DNA from: Candidatus Latescibacterota bacterium
Lineage (GTDB): Bacteria > Latescibacterota > UBA2968
Length of the DNA stretch: 64,000 bases
NCBI GenBank assembly: GCA_965116885.1
Contig: OZ220741.1
Coordinates: forward strand, 2,432,001-2,496,000
Direction: 5' to 3'
Part shown: positions 10,363 through 19,646 of the stretch, one piece after another
Layout of the letters: every line of letters begins with the position of its first letter
Numbering within the stretch: position 1 is the stretch's first letter
Program-made: the position numbers and the translations under genes
Notes under the pieces: generated by a model
Told to the model about the DNA's origin: nothing
What the model saw: only the letters and a program-made list of their open reading frames with translations
Database searches by the model: none

Positions 10363-11619
10363 ATGAGTGATCAGGCAGAAATATTGATTGTTGGCGGTGG
10401 GGCGATCGGTGTTTGCTCGGCTTATTATTTGAATGCTGCGGGTAGAGATGTGGCGCTGGTTGATAAAGGCGATATTTGTTCGGGGTGTTCGTATGGGAAT
10501 GGGGGGCTTGTTGTGCCGAGTCACAGCATACCTCTGTCCGCTCCGGGGGTGGTGTCTCAAAGTCTGAAGTGGATGTTGAATCCCGAAAGTCCGTTTTATA
10601 TTAAGCCGCGTTTGGACCGGGATTTGATTTCCTGGTTGTGGCATTTTCGCCGTGCATGTAATGAGACGCATGTTGCGAGGGCAACGCCTGTTATTCGGGC
10701 GATGAATATGGCGAGTGTGGCGTTGTTTGAAGAGATGGCATCGCTCGACGGCATGGATTTTGGGTTTGAGAAGAAGGGGACGATTACGGCGTATAGAACC
10801 GAGAGGGGGTTGGCAAAGGCGGTTAAGGACGCGCGTTTTTTGTCGGAGGTGGGGGTTGAGACGCGGGTTCTCGATGCCGATGAGATTGTGGGATTAAATC
10901 CCGGTATCCGGATACGGGCGATTGGGGGGATATTTTTCCCCGAGGATGCCCATCTCGTGCCGCATCGCTTTGTGCGCGGGTTGGCGGAGTACGTCGGTGG
11001 AAAGGGCGTTCGGATCCACAGGGAGACAGAGGTTCTGGGGTTTGAGATTTCGCGCGGTCGCGTGCTTGCTGTGAAGACGAATCGGGGTGATTTTCGGGCT
11101 GAGCATATCATTTTGGCGAGTGGGTCGTGGTCGCCTGCGATTGCCGATGATCTTCATATCAATCTGCCGATTCAACCTGCCAAGGGGTATAGTATTACTT
11201 TTAAGCGGCCTGATGTTTGTCCGACAACGCCATTTTCTCTGGGGGAGGCAAAGGTCGGTATTACGCCTATGGGGGATATGTTGCGGTTTGCGGGTACGCT
11301 CGAATTGGCAGGTCTCGATTTTTCGATTAACGAGCGGCGCGTGCAGGCTATTCTCAAGGCTGTGCCCGAGTATTTTCCCGATTTGAGTCCCGATTATCTC
11401 GATATGACAGAAATCTGGTGCGGTTTGCGGCCCTGCACGCCCGATGGGGTGCCATTTCTGGGTCGCGCTCCCGGGGTTGAGAATGTGATCGTCGCTGCCG
11501 GTCATGCGATGATTGGCATTTCTCTGGGTCCTATTACTGGGAAGCTGGTGGCAGAGTTGATTTCAGATGAAGTGCCTTCTATTGATCTGTCTGCACTGAA
11601 AGTGGATCGGTTTGGGTAG
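10363..11619 (+). CDS. FAD-dependent D-amino acid dehydrogenase (DadA family)
   Basis: GGGAIG Rossmann motif, SYGNGG, PAKGYS, GLRPCTPDG, GHAMIG. Confidence 0.88.
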   Translation: MSDQAEILIVGGGAIGVCSAYYLNAAGRDVALVDKGDICSGCSYGNGGLVVPSHSIPLSAPGVVSQSLKWMLNPESPFYIKPRLDRDLISWLWHFRRACNETHVARATPVIRAMNMASVALFEEMASLDGMDFGFEKKGTITAYRTERGLAKAVKDARFLSEVGVETRVLDADEIVGLNPGIRIRAIGGIFFPEDAHLVPHRFVRGLAEYVGGKGVRIHRETEVLGFEISRGRVLAVKTNRGDFRAEHIILASGSWSPAIADDLHINLPIQPAKGYSITFKRPDVCPTTPFSLGEAKVGITPMGDMLRFAGTLELAGLDFSINERRVQAILKAVPEYFPDLSPDYLDMTEIWCGLRPCTPDGVPFLGRAPGVENVIVAAGHAMIGISLGPITGKLVAELISDEVPSIDLSALKVDRFG

Positions 11620-11728
11620 TCGGGAAAAGTCGGGAAAAGGATTTCCCTCCTACTGTTGGAGCGGCATCCTTGCCGCGATCACTTGGCTCTTGCCCTGAAA
11701 CCATAAGACCTAAATGGAGAGGTGAAAT

Positions 11729-13498
11729 ATGGTGAAGATGTTGCTGCGAGATGTTGCGATGTCCGATCTGGCGGAGATTTACGAGCGAAATGCAGATCGG
11801 TCCCCCGCGCCGTATCTCAAAGATGCAGAGGCGGTGGAGCGGGCGAGGGGGTTGGCGAAGAAGAATGGGGTGTGGGATGATTTGAGCGAGAATCTGGATG
11901 GGAGCCGTGAGATTCCCGTGTTGAAGCGGTCGGCTTTTCGCAATTATCAGCGGGTTGGAGATCGCAATTTGCCACAGGCTGTGGCGGGCAATCGCAGGCG
12001 CGAGTTGGAGCGATCAGCGATTGCTCTGTGGCTGGGACATCCCAATGCCGATGTGGATTATTTGCAGGATTTGCTCTGGGCGTATTGCGACGATCATACC
12101 TGGGTGATGGCTGCGCACGAAGGTCGTGCTATTGATCTGGGGTCGGCTGCGTTGGGTGCTGCGTTTGCAGAAATTTTACACGTTTTGGGTGATCAACTGG
12201 AAGAAGAAGTGGTCGCGCGCGTTTCGCGGAAGATTGAGGAGCATATTTTTGAGCCGTTCTGGAATTATAGACATCTGGATTTTTGGAAGACCGTGCGGAT
12301 GAATTGGAATCACGTTTGCAATGGTGAGATTATCCGCGCCGCGCTGTATCAGATTGAGGATCCCGCGGTGCTGGCTCATATGACCCACGCGGCGATTGTG
12401 AATTTGACGTATGCGCTGGATGGCTTTACGGATGATGGCGGGTGCGAAGAGGGGCCGGGATATTGGGAATACGGTTTTGGGCATTTTTTGTACGTGGCCT
12501 ATGCGCTGTATTTGAAGACCAATGGGGAATTGAATTTGATGGTGGATGAGACTGGCAAGATTCATCGGATATGCCAGTACCCGCTCGCGGCGCATATTCA
12601 GGGCGCGTTGCGTTCGACGTTTGCGGATTCGAGTCACGGATATACGGGTGCGCGGTCTGCGATGATTGTCAATGCGTTTTTTGATATGCCCGAATTGTAC
12701 GCCCTGTGCGATAAGCATTTGGATAATACGTTGAAGGTGCGGGATATGCACAGTTTGGCGATGTATTCCGGGTTTGAGGTGGAGGCAGAGGCGGATGATA
12801 AAGATTATGTTTTGTCCGATTTGGGACAGGCGAAGTTGCGGGGGACGCCCGGGAAAGAGCAGTTGACGCTGATGTGTCTGGCGGGTAATAATGGGGTGCC
12901 GCACAATCACAACGATATCGGCAGTTTTATTGTGCATCGCGGGGACGCGCTCTGGTTGACGGATCCCGCGGGTCCTGCTTACAGTCGAAAAACTTTTGGT
13001 CCCGATCGCTATGATATTCTGTTTTGCAATGCGCTGGGTCATTCTGTGCCCGTGATCAATGGGCAGTTGCAGCAGCCCGGCGGCGAGTATTTCGGTACGC
13101 TGGAGGTGGAGAATTTAAATGGCGAGGGAGAAAAACGCGCGATGATAGATATGACGCATGCGTATCCCGAAGGTACGGTGAAGAGTCTGACGCGCACTTT
13201 TGTGCTGGATGGGAATGCTCTGACGATGGAAGATCGCTATGTGTTTGACAGTGTGCCGCAGACGCTTGAAGAGGGGTTTATTACGTTTGAGGATGTGCAA
13301 GTTGACGGAGGGGCGGTTCAGATCGGCTCCAAAGGCGAGGGTATTACACTTTCTGCGGTTGATACACCGGGCGCGTTTTCGGTCAAGCGGTTTGAAGAGG
13401 AATCAAAAGAGGGACGCACTGATGAGGTGGTTACGCGCGTGATTTTTACGCCCGCAGAGCTATCGCAAGACTTCTGTTTGCGGTTTGCAATGGGGTGA
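11729..13498 (+). CDS. Heparinase II/III-like protein
   Basis: NWNHVCN, DGGCEEGPGYWEYG, HNHNDIGSF, HSVPVING motifs. Confidence 0.8.
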   Translation: MVKMLLRDVAMSDLAEIYERNADRSPAPYLKDAEAVERARGLAKKNGVWDDLSENLDGSREIPVLKRSAFRNYQRVGDRNLPQAVAGNRRRELERSAIALWLGHPNADVDYLQDLLWAYCDDHTWVMAAHEGRAIDLGSAALGAAFAEILHVLGDQLEEEVVARVSRKIEEHIFEPFWNYRHLDFWKTVRMNWNHVCNGEIIRAALYQIEDPAVLAHMTHAAIVNLTYALDGFTDDGGCEEGPGYWEYGFGHFLYVAYALYLKTNGELNLMVDETGKIHRICQYPLAAHIQGALRSTFADSSHGYTGARSAMIVNAFFDMPELYALCDKHLDNTLKVRDMHSLAMYSGFEVEAEADDKDYVLSDLGQAKLRGTPGKEQLTLMCLAGNNGVPHNHNDIGSFIVHRGDALWLTDPAGPAYSRKTFGPDRYDILFCNALGHSVPVINGQLQQPGGEYFGTLEVENLNGEGEKRAMIDMTHAYPEGTVKSLTRTFVLDGNALTMEDRYVFDSVPQTLEEGFITFEDVQVDGGAVQIGSKGEGITLSAVDTPGAFSVKRFEEESKEGRTDEVVTRVIFTPAELSQDFCLRFAMG

Positions 13499-13517
13499 GT
13501 TTCTGGGAGGATTCGTT

Positions 13518-14333
13518 ATGTATAGAGCTTCTTATGACGGTAGCAATAAGAAGGTGATGTGGCAGGAGATGTGGCGGCACGAGTTTGAGGATGCTTTGGA
13601 GCGCGATCCCGTGGTGATTGTGCCGGTGGGGTCTGTGGAACAGCACGGGCCGCATTGCCCGATGGATGTGGATATTTCAGCGCCGTTCTATATGGCCGTT
13701 GCTGTTGCCCAGAGTGTGGATGATTTCCCTGTGATTGTCGCGCCGCCGGTGTGGTCGGGGTTTACGCATTATAATATGGGATTTCCCGGTACGATTAATT
13801 TGCGTTTGGAGACGTTTCAGAATTTGCTGGCGGATATTTTTCGCAGTATTTATGCGAATGGGTTCAAGCGGATTATTTCTGTGAATGGACACGGGGGCAA
13901 TGCCGCACCCTGTCGCGCTGTTTCCTGGCAGGTGGCAGAGGAGAATATTTTTACGCTGTCATTTAGCTGGTGGGATATGGTGGATAAGGAGTTGCGGGAA
14001 TGGAGCGCGACAAATGAAGGCGTGGGGCACGCCGGAGAGTGGGAGACGGCTGTGCAGCTTCATTTGAGAGAACATCTGGTTGATAAGAGCCGTATTGATA
14101 GCGATGTGACTGGGACGAGACCCTTTAGTGATGAATTATTATTTGCGGAATTTGCCGAGCGGCGACGCGATACAAAAAAAGATACGGGCATTATGGGCGA
14201 TGCGTTTGCTGCGATCGCGGAAAAGGGCGCGCGTATTTTTGAACTGGCCTGTGAACGCCTGGAAAAGCTGGTGCGCGAATATCACGAGTTGCCGGTGCGA
14301 GAATATCGGGAGTTCGGGTCTCACTGTATTTGA
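13518..14333 (+). CDS. Creatininase family amidohydrolase
   Basis: GSVEQHGPH.P..VD, NGHGGN, HAGEWET motifs. Confidence 0.9.
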   Translation: MYRASYDGSNKKVMWQEMWRHEFEDALERDPVVIVPVGSVEQHGPHCPMDVDISAPFYMAVAVAQSVDDFPVIVAPPVWSGFTHYNMGFPGTINLRLETFQNLLADIFRSIYANGFKRIISVNGHGGNAAPCRAVSWQVAEENIFTLSFSWWDMVDKELREWSATNEGVGHAGEWETAVQLHLREHLVDKSRIDSDVTGTRPFSDELLFAEFAERRRDTKKDTGIMGDAFAAIAEKGARIFELACERLEKLVREYHELPVREYREFGSHCI

Positions 14334-14346
14334 AAGAGGGGGTACG

Positions 14347-15297
14347 ATGATGTCAGAGCTAAGAGTGGGGATTATCGGTGCGGGAGGTCATGCACAGAGC
14401 CACTTCAGGATGATCCAGGACGAGCCGGAAATGGCGTTGGTTGCGGTTGCAGACCTGGATCCAGAAAGACTGGCGCACACGCGAGAAACGCACGGCGTGA
14501 CGTCCCTTTTTACGGATTATCGGGAGATGATCGAGAAGGTGCAACTGGATGTGGTCTATGTTGTGACCTTTCCGGGGCCACTGCCCGACATTGTGATCGA
14601 CTGTCTGGAGGCCGGACTGCATACCTCGGTAGAGAAGCCGCCGGGCATCAGTTCGGATCAGACCCGACGGATGATGGAGGCAGAACAGCGATCCAGCGCC
14701 AGGGCGATTGTCTCGGTGAACAGGCGATACATTCCAGAAGTGCTGGCGATTCGGGCCATGCTGCAAGATCGAGGCGGACCCGTTCACGTGGCGGCGACGT
14801 ACAACAAGCCGCATATTGGGGACAAGGTCCGGGATGTTGGACATCTTATCCGATTGGACGCGATCCACCATGTGGATCTGTTGCGGTGGCTGGCAGGTGA
14901 CGCCGTCGAGGTTTATTCAGAGGCGTGGTCTGCGCCTTCCCACCCTGCCGAGATGCGCCACAATGCCGTGATTAAGTTCGAAAGCGGCTGCCGGGGCGTG
15001 ATGATGAGTCACTACGCTGTTGGATACCGCATTCAGCGGTTTGAAGCGCATGCGGAAGACTTCAGCGCGTATGTGGATCTCACGAGTGGCCCCAGGTGTG
15101 AGATCTATGCTGACGGAGAGCCGTTCGAGGGCGAGTTGGATCTGGAAGCGGTCGGTGGTCCCGATTTCAACGAGACCCGGCATTTTGTGGCGTGCATACA
15201 AAACGATACGCAGCCGTGGAGTACGCTTGAGGATGCGATCAAGACGATGAGGTTGTGCGAAGCGATTGAGGCAGGACATAAAGGTCAATTGGAATGA
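14347..15297 (+). CDS. Gfo/Idh/MocA family oxidoreductase
   Basis: GIIGAGG, EKPP, D..HHVDL motifs. Confidence 0.88.
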   Translation: MMSELRVGIIGAGGHAQSHFRMIQDEPEMALVAVADLDPERLAHTRETHGVTSLFTDYREMIEKVQLDVVYVVTFPGPLPDIVIDCLEAGLHTSVEKPPGISSDQTRRMMEAEQRSSARAIVSVNRRYIPEVLAIRAMLQDRGGPVHVAATYNKPHIGDKVRDVGHLIRLDAIHHVDLLRWLAGDAVEVYSEAWSAPSHPAEMRHNAVIKFESGCRGVMMSHYAVGYRIQRFEAHAEDFSAYVDLTSGPRCEIYADGEPFEGELDLEAVGGPDFNETRHFVACIQNDTQPWSTLEDAIKTMRLCEAIEAGHKGQLE

Positions 15298-15373
15298 TTT
15301 TTTGGGGTTGAGAAACACCACTGGCGTCCAGGGGATCCGCGGTAAAGATTCCCATTACATAAGGAGATTTTCT

Positions 15374-16285
15374 ATGCGTCGCTTCACGCGTACGCCCTAT
15401 TATAGCGGGCCGGATGACCCGGCTATTGGCGAGGTGCGAGGTACGCTTGCTCTGGGCGAAACCGTGGTTATTGAGACCATTGGTGGGGCTGATAATGATT
15501 TTGAGGCTGCTGGTGAGGTTCGTGCGGGGATGATTACTTCTGGAGAAAGTCACCGCCGATACGCCCGTCGTGGTGGTCCTTTTCGCATTGAGGGGATTGC
15601 GCCGGATGACTGGGTCGCTATTGAGATTATCGATATTGAGGTGGGGCCTTACGGTTTTTATCGCAACGGAGGGCCGAACTGGGGCAATTGGCGCTGCGTT
15701 GCGCCGGTGCGCGATGGGTTGATCCACTTTCCGCCGGATTTTGTGGTGCCGGTGCGGCCTATGGTTGGCGTGGTTCAGTTGGAACCGTGGGCTGCCCATT
15801 CTATTGATCACGGCGGTAATATGGATTTTAATGCGGTGCAGCCGGGTAGTACTGTGCATATTCGCGCCCAAAAGCCCGGGGGGTTGCTCTCTTTGGGCGA
15901 TGTCCATGCGCGGATGGGCGATGGCGAGTTGACAGGTGCTGGTGTGGAGATCGACGCGGCGGTGACTATAAGAGTGGATCGTTCGCCCGGGTTTCCCAAT
16001 AGCAGTCCGGTGGTGGAGACAACCAGAGTGGTAGAAGCCGCTGAGGAGTATCTGACCAGTGCTCGGGCGACTGAGTGGGGCGAGGCTCTCAGGCTGGCCT
16101 GGTTGGAGATGGTGGCTCTGATTATCGATCGCTACGATACGACGTACGAATACGCCAATATGATCGTGGGGACGATTGGCGATGCGCGGCCCGGCTTTGC
16201 CACGGGCTATATGGGTAGCTATGTCACATGTCAGATTGCAGTGACCAAAGAATTGCGGCGCACCGGGGTGCCGTACGAGGCGTAG
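15374..16285 (+). CDS. Acetamidase/formamidase family protein
   Basis: HGGNMD, SLGDVHARMGDGEL..GVE motifs; AAGGAG RBS. Confidence 0.85.
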   Translation: MRRFTRTPYYSGPDDPAIGEVRGTLALGETVVIETIGGADNDFEAAGEVRAGMITSGESHRRYARRGGPFRIEGIAPDDWVAIEIIDIEVGPYGFYRNGGPNWGNWRCVAPVRDGLIHFPPDFVVPVRPMVGVVQLEPWAAHSIDHGGNMDFNAVQPGSTVHIRAQKPGGLLSLGDVHARMGDGELTGAGVEIDAAVTIRVDRSPGFPNSSPVVETTRVVEAAEEYLTSARATEWGEALRLAWLEMVALIIDRYDTTYEYANMIVGTIGDARPGFATGYMGSYVTCQIAVTKELRRTGVPYEA

Positions 16286-16323
16286 GGGTTTTGAAGTTTA
16301 CAACATTCACGAAAGGATTTGCT

Positions 16324-17097
16324 ATGTATTTGTACGGGATTCGCAATGCGAGTTTGAATATGGATTGGGGAAAAGATGCTTTTGCCACAGCAGGGGATAT
16401 TGGGTTTGATGGGGTGGAGATTGTGCTGCGGGAGGAGGAGCGGTTGGATTGGCTTTTAAGTGCTGCGGGCCGGGAAGAGGTTGGGAGGTGGGTTGAGGAG
16501 ACGGGCGCGCAAGCGTGTTCAATAAGTTTTGCCCTGTTTCGAGAATACAAGGGGAATGAGGAAGATGAGGCTGTGCGCGATCGCGTGGTGGAGCTTGTGC
16601 AAAAGGCGATCCGCGCGTGTAAGGGGATGGGCGGTGTCGGTATTTTGCTTCCGTATTTTGATGCGGAGAATCGCGATATGTCGAGCGCGCATGCAGAATT
16701 GTTGATTGAAGACATGAAGCGATGCGCTCCTGTCGCCGAAGACGAGGGCATTAAGGTTGCTCTGGAGACGAGTTTTTCACCGGGATTGTTGAGGACGATT
16801 TGCGATGGCGTGGGGTCTGAGATGGTGGGGGTGTATCAAGATACGGCCAATGCGCTGCAATACGGGTACGATTCGGTCGATATGCTCGTTACGTTACCGG
16901 AACACACACAATTGATTCATATTAAAGATACGCGGCGTTCTGATCTGGGCGAGGGCGATGTGGATTTTCCCGCGTGTCGAGATGCGATTGCACAGATCGG
17001 TTATGAGGGGTGGCTGATTTTTGAAACGCCAGGAGGTGCAGATCCTGCGGCATCGGGTAAGAAGAATTTGGCGTTTGCAAAAGAGATGTTCGGGTAG
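16324..17097 (+). CDS. Sugar phosphate isomerase/epimerase (xylose isomerase-like TIM barrel)
   Basis: GFDGVE, ALET, DTAN, HIKD, GEGDVDF, GYEGWLIFE motifs. Confidence 0.85.
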   Translation: MYLYGIRNASLNMDWGKDAFATAGDIGFDGVEIVLREEERLDWLLSAAGREEVGRWVEETGAQACSISFALFREYKGNEEDEAVRDRVVELVQKAIRACKGMGGVGILLPYFDAENRDMSSAHAELLIEDMKRCAPVAEDEGIKVALETSFSPGLLRTICDGVGSEMVGVYQDTANALQYGYDSVDMLVTLPEHTQLIHIKDTRRSDLGEGDVDFPACRDAIAQIGYEGWLIFETPGGADPAASGKKNLAFAKEMFG

Positions 17098-17099
17098 GC

Positions 17100-17192
17100 T
17101 GGCAGAGGGAGGGGGACTCGAACCCCATGCGAAAATTCGCACGCGGGCTTGTGTTTTGCTGCCCGCGGCCCACCTTGGACCGTTCACCCCCT
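17100..17192 (-). ncRNA. tRNA-like RNA copy A (93 nt; 8/4 fold, long variable arm, 3' GCCA, 12-nt loop in place of the anticodon loop)
   Basis: Reverse complement: AGGGGGUG AAC GGUCCAAGGUGGGCC GCGGGC-AGCAAAACACAA-GCCCGC GUGCGAAUUUUCGCAU GGGG-UUCGAGU-CCCC CUCCCUCU G CCA. Confidence 0.85.
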
Positions 17193-17212
17193 GCATTGAT
17201 GCTGTTATTTTT

Positions 17213-17299
17213 TGGCAGAGGGTGAGGGACTCGAACCCTGTGCGGTTGCCCGCACCACCGACCAATGTCAGGCGGCCCACCACGAACCGTTCACCCCCT
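17213..17299 (-). ncRNA. tRNA-like RNA copy B (87 nt; 8/4 fold, long variable arm, 3' GCCA, bulged anticodon-position stem with 4-nt loop)
   Basis: Reverse complement: AGGGGGUG AAC GGUUCGUGGUGGGCC GCCUGAC-AUUG-GUCGGUG GUGCGG-GCAA-CCGCAC AGGG-UUCGAGU-CCCU CACCCUCU G CCA. Confidence 0.87.
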
Positions 17300-17323
17300 A
17301 CCTATTTTGACAAGTCTGTACGC

Positions 17324-18313
17324 TTAAAGGTTTCTCCCAACAGTACGTTCAGGGCGCAGTTCCCCCAGGGATTGTTCACCGGGTTGGATATATTCTACGG
17401 CTGGGCTTTCGATGCGCCCATAGGCATTCCACACTTTGAATCCGAGCAAAGAGAGAAGATCGGGCGATGCCTCGGCGAGGACGTCGGGAGCCGTGCCTAC
17501 GGTAAAATTTTCCTGTGGACGGAACTGGGGTCCGCAGAATGTGGTGAGTATGGCCCAGCGCAGTTGATCGCTTATATTGGCTCCTGTGCCGTGCCAGATG
17601 CGTCCGTCAAGGAATCCAACTGTGCCGGCTGGCCCTTCGAGGGCGACTGTTTCAGTGGTGTTGTCATCGGGATTGTCAGGACGGCGTCCCCATAGGTGAC
17701 TACCGGGTACGATGCGGGTGCCGCCGTTTTCTGCTGTGAAGTCGCCGATCATCCAGACCACGTTGATGACGACGCGGGGCCAGATGGATGCGGTATCGGA
17801 TTCGTCTGTTTGTTCGCGGGTGATAGAGCCTGCGGGTAAATGCGTTCGGTCAGCGCGCGTTGGCATGGGCATCCACCACTGGTCTGTGTGCAGGCGCATG
17901 GGAACGCCGCCGGGTTTGGCGATGTTGGCCGAATGGCTCGATAGCAGATAATCATTGCCCAGTGCGTGATCCACGATGTTGCGGACTCCTGAATGTAATA
18001 GCATGTCTTGAAATACCCGACCTTTGTTGATCAGCATCCACACGCGCTGGTTGACACCTCCTGCAGATTGTGTAAACGCCCCCGCGCGTACCTGCCCTTT
18101 TTTATTTCGAAAATCCCCCCAGTTTTGTTTTGCACCTCCGTCTTCAAATGCGAGCCCGCGTTGTTTTTCGGCTATGGCCTGTTCTTTTAGACGGGTTTTT
18201 ATTTTTGAGAGATCTTCCGCGCTGAGGGCGTTGGCAAGCAGGCCATAACCGTAGGTATCGAGTTGTGTTTTGACCTGTGTGAGGTCTTCGGTTGGTTGTG
18301 GAAGTTCAGACAT
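17324..18313 (-). CDS. Phytanoyl-CoA dioxygenase (PhyH) family 2OG-Fe(II) oxygenase
   Basis: HxD (LHTD), NGGTRIVPGSH, WHGTG..R motifs. Confidence 0.88.
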   Translation of the reverse strand: MSELPQPTEDLTQVKTQLDTYGYGLLANALSAEDLSKIKTRLKEQAIAEKQRGLAFEDGGAKQNWGDFRNKKGQVRAGAFTQSAGGVNQRVWMLINKGRVFQDMLLHSGVRNIVDHALGNDYLLSSHSANIAKPGGVPMRLHTDQWWMPMPTRADRTHLPAGSITREQTDESDTASIWPRVVINVVWMIGDFTAENGGTRIVPGSHLWGRRPDNPDDNTTETVALEGPAGTVGFLDGRIWHGTGANISDQLRWAILTTFCGPQFRPQENFTVGTAPDVLAEASPDLLSLLGFKVWNAYGRIESPAVEYIQPGEQSLGELRPERTVGRNL

Positions 18314-18342
18314 GCGTATTCCTCAGATTTGGATAGTCGATA

Positions 18343-19644
18343 TTATCGGGGCAAAATGCCGTACTGGCGCAGGGTGCTTTCCAGTGTTGGCTTACTAAGG
18401 CGAATGCGGTCGTCGTTTAACAAATAGGAGAAGACGTAGCCGAGGCCGAGCATAAAAATTCCGATCAAGAAGCAATATATGACTGCGCGGTCGGGGTATT
18501 CGTCTTTCAGGTATCCTACGTAAAGGGGTCCGAAGATTCCCGCTGCGGCCCAGGCGGTTAGAATTGCCCCGTAGATGTTGGACATTTTTTTGCTGCCGAA
18601 AACGTCGAGAACAAAAGATGGCATTGTGGCAAAGCCGCCGCCAAAGCACAACAGGACATAACAGACGAGCGCGGAAAAGATCCAGGGGTTGCGCTCTGTC
18701 ATTAAGATGCCGAAGACGATCATCTGGCTGGCGAGTAAAATTCTGAAGACGCCAACGCGACCTATGCGATCCGATAGCAGTCCCCAGAAGAGCCGCCCCA
18801 CGCCGTTGCACAGGGAACTGACAGCGATCAGCGTTGCTCCATATTCGGCGAGTGTTACCGGTTCCAGGGATGGATCTGCAAATCCCCAAACTTCTTGCAG
18901 GAGTTCCGACTGAAAGCTGATGACGGAGATGCCCGCGGCGATGTTGAAGAAAAATACGATCCACATGAGGGCAAATTCAGAAGACCGCAGATAGGGCGCG
19001 ACAGTGTCTTCGTATTCCATCGGTTCATCGTCAGCTACGGCGGGTACAACTGCGGCTTTGGGATCGCTCAACACAAAGCTGGAGGGCAAGAGGATACAGG
19101 CAAATACTATGCCGAGCCACAAGAAGACAAGGGTCAGATCCGACTCTGTTCGCAGCACGAGAAAGGGTGCCAATACTTTGCTCAAGAGAAATGCACCCAC
19201 GCCAAATCCCATCACGACGATGCCTGTCACCAGACCCTTGCGATCTGGAAACCACTTTGCCGCGGTTGCAACTGGCGTTACATAGCCAAGTCCAATTCCC
19301 GCACCTCCGATAACGCCATATCCCAGGTAAAAGAGTGGGATAAAGTCCAGATGAAGGGCGAGGCTCGCGATCATATATCCGCCGGAAAACATGATGCTGC
19401 CCGCGACTGCGAGTTTGCGGGGTCCGAATCGCGGTAGCGTCGCGCCTGCCCAGGCTGCGGATGTGCCGAGTGAAAAGATGGCGATGCTAAAAGCCCAGGC
19501 GGTTTCTGTGAATGTCCAGCCGAGTTGCCTGACCAGGAGCGTTTGAAAGAAGCTCCACGCGTACACGGTGCCGAAACAGAGTTGCAGGAGCGTGCATAAG
19601 AGCGCGATGACTGAACGCGGGATCTGTATTTCTCGGATTGGCAT
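18343..19644 (-). CDS. OFA family MFS transporter (oxalate/formate antiporter-like)
   Basis: About 12 TM; GTVYAWS, KWFPDRKGL..G..VMGFG, GRLFWG..SDRIGR. Confidence 0.85.
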   Translation of the reverse strand: MPIREIQIPRSVIALLCTLLQLCFGTVYAWSFFQTLLVRQLGWTFTETAWAFSIAIFSLGTSAAWAGATLPRFGPRKLAVAGSIMFSGGYMIASLALHLDFIPLFYLGYGVIGGAGIGLGYVTPVATAAKWFPDRKGLVTGIVVMGFGVGAFLLSKVLAPFLVLRTESDLTLVFLWLGIVFACILLPSSFVLSDPKAAVVPAVADDEPMEYEDTVAPYLRSSEFALMWIVFFFNIAAGISVISFQSELLQEVWGFADPSLEPVTLAEYGATLIAVSSLCNGVGRLFWGLLSDRIGRVGVFRILLASQMIVFGILMTERNPWIFSALVCYVLLCFGGGFATMPSFVLDVFGSKKMSNIYGAILTAWAAAGIFGPLYVGYLKDEYPDRAVIYCFLIGIFMLGLGYVFSYLLNDDRIRLSKPTLESTLRQYGILPR

Positions 19645-19646
19645 TT

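Noticed and set aside
17100..17299. Calling the elements ordinary tRNA-Ser/Leu or selC
   Set aside because: No 7-nt anticodon loop with U33, no UCA, and the T stem is 4 bp rather than 5
17100..17299. att-site duplication from an integrated element
   Set aside because: Both copies are full length, only 20 nt apart and diverged with compensatory changes; no integrase in the window
17300..17345. Dedicated sigma70 promoter for the tRNA-like pair
   Set aside because: No convincing -35/-10 pair with correct spacing; read-through from the upstream PhyH gene is as plausible
17021..17695. 224-aa + strand ORF (and 16894..17283 on -) spanning the tRNA-like pair
   Set aside because: Overlaps two well-supported CDS and the structured RNAs; no protein motif or RBS
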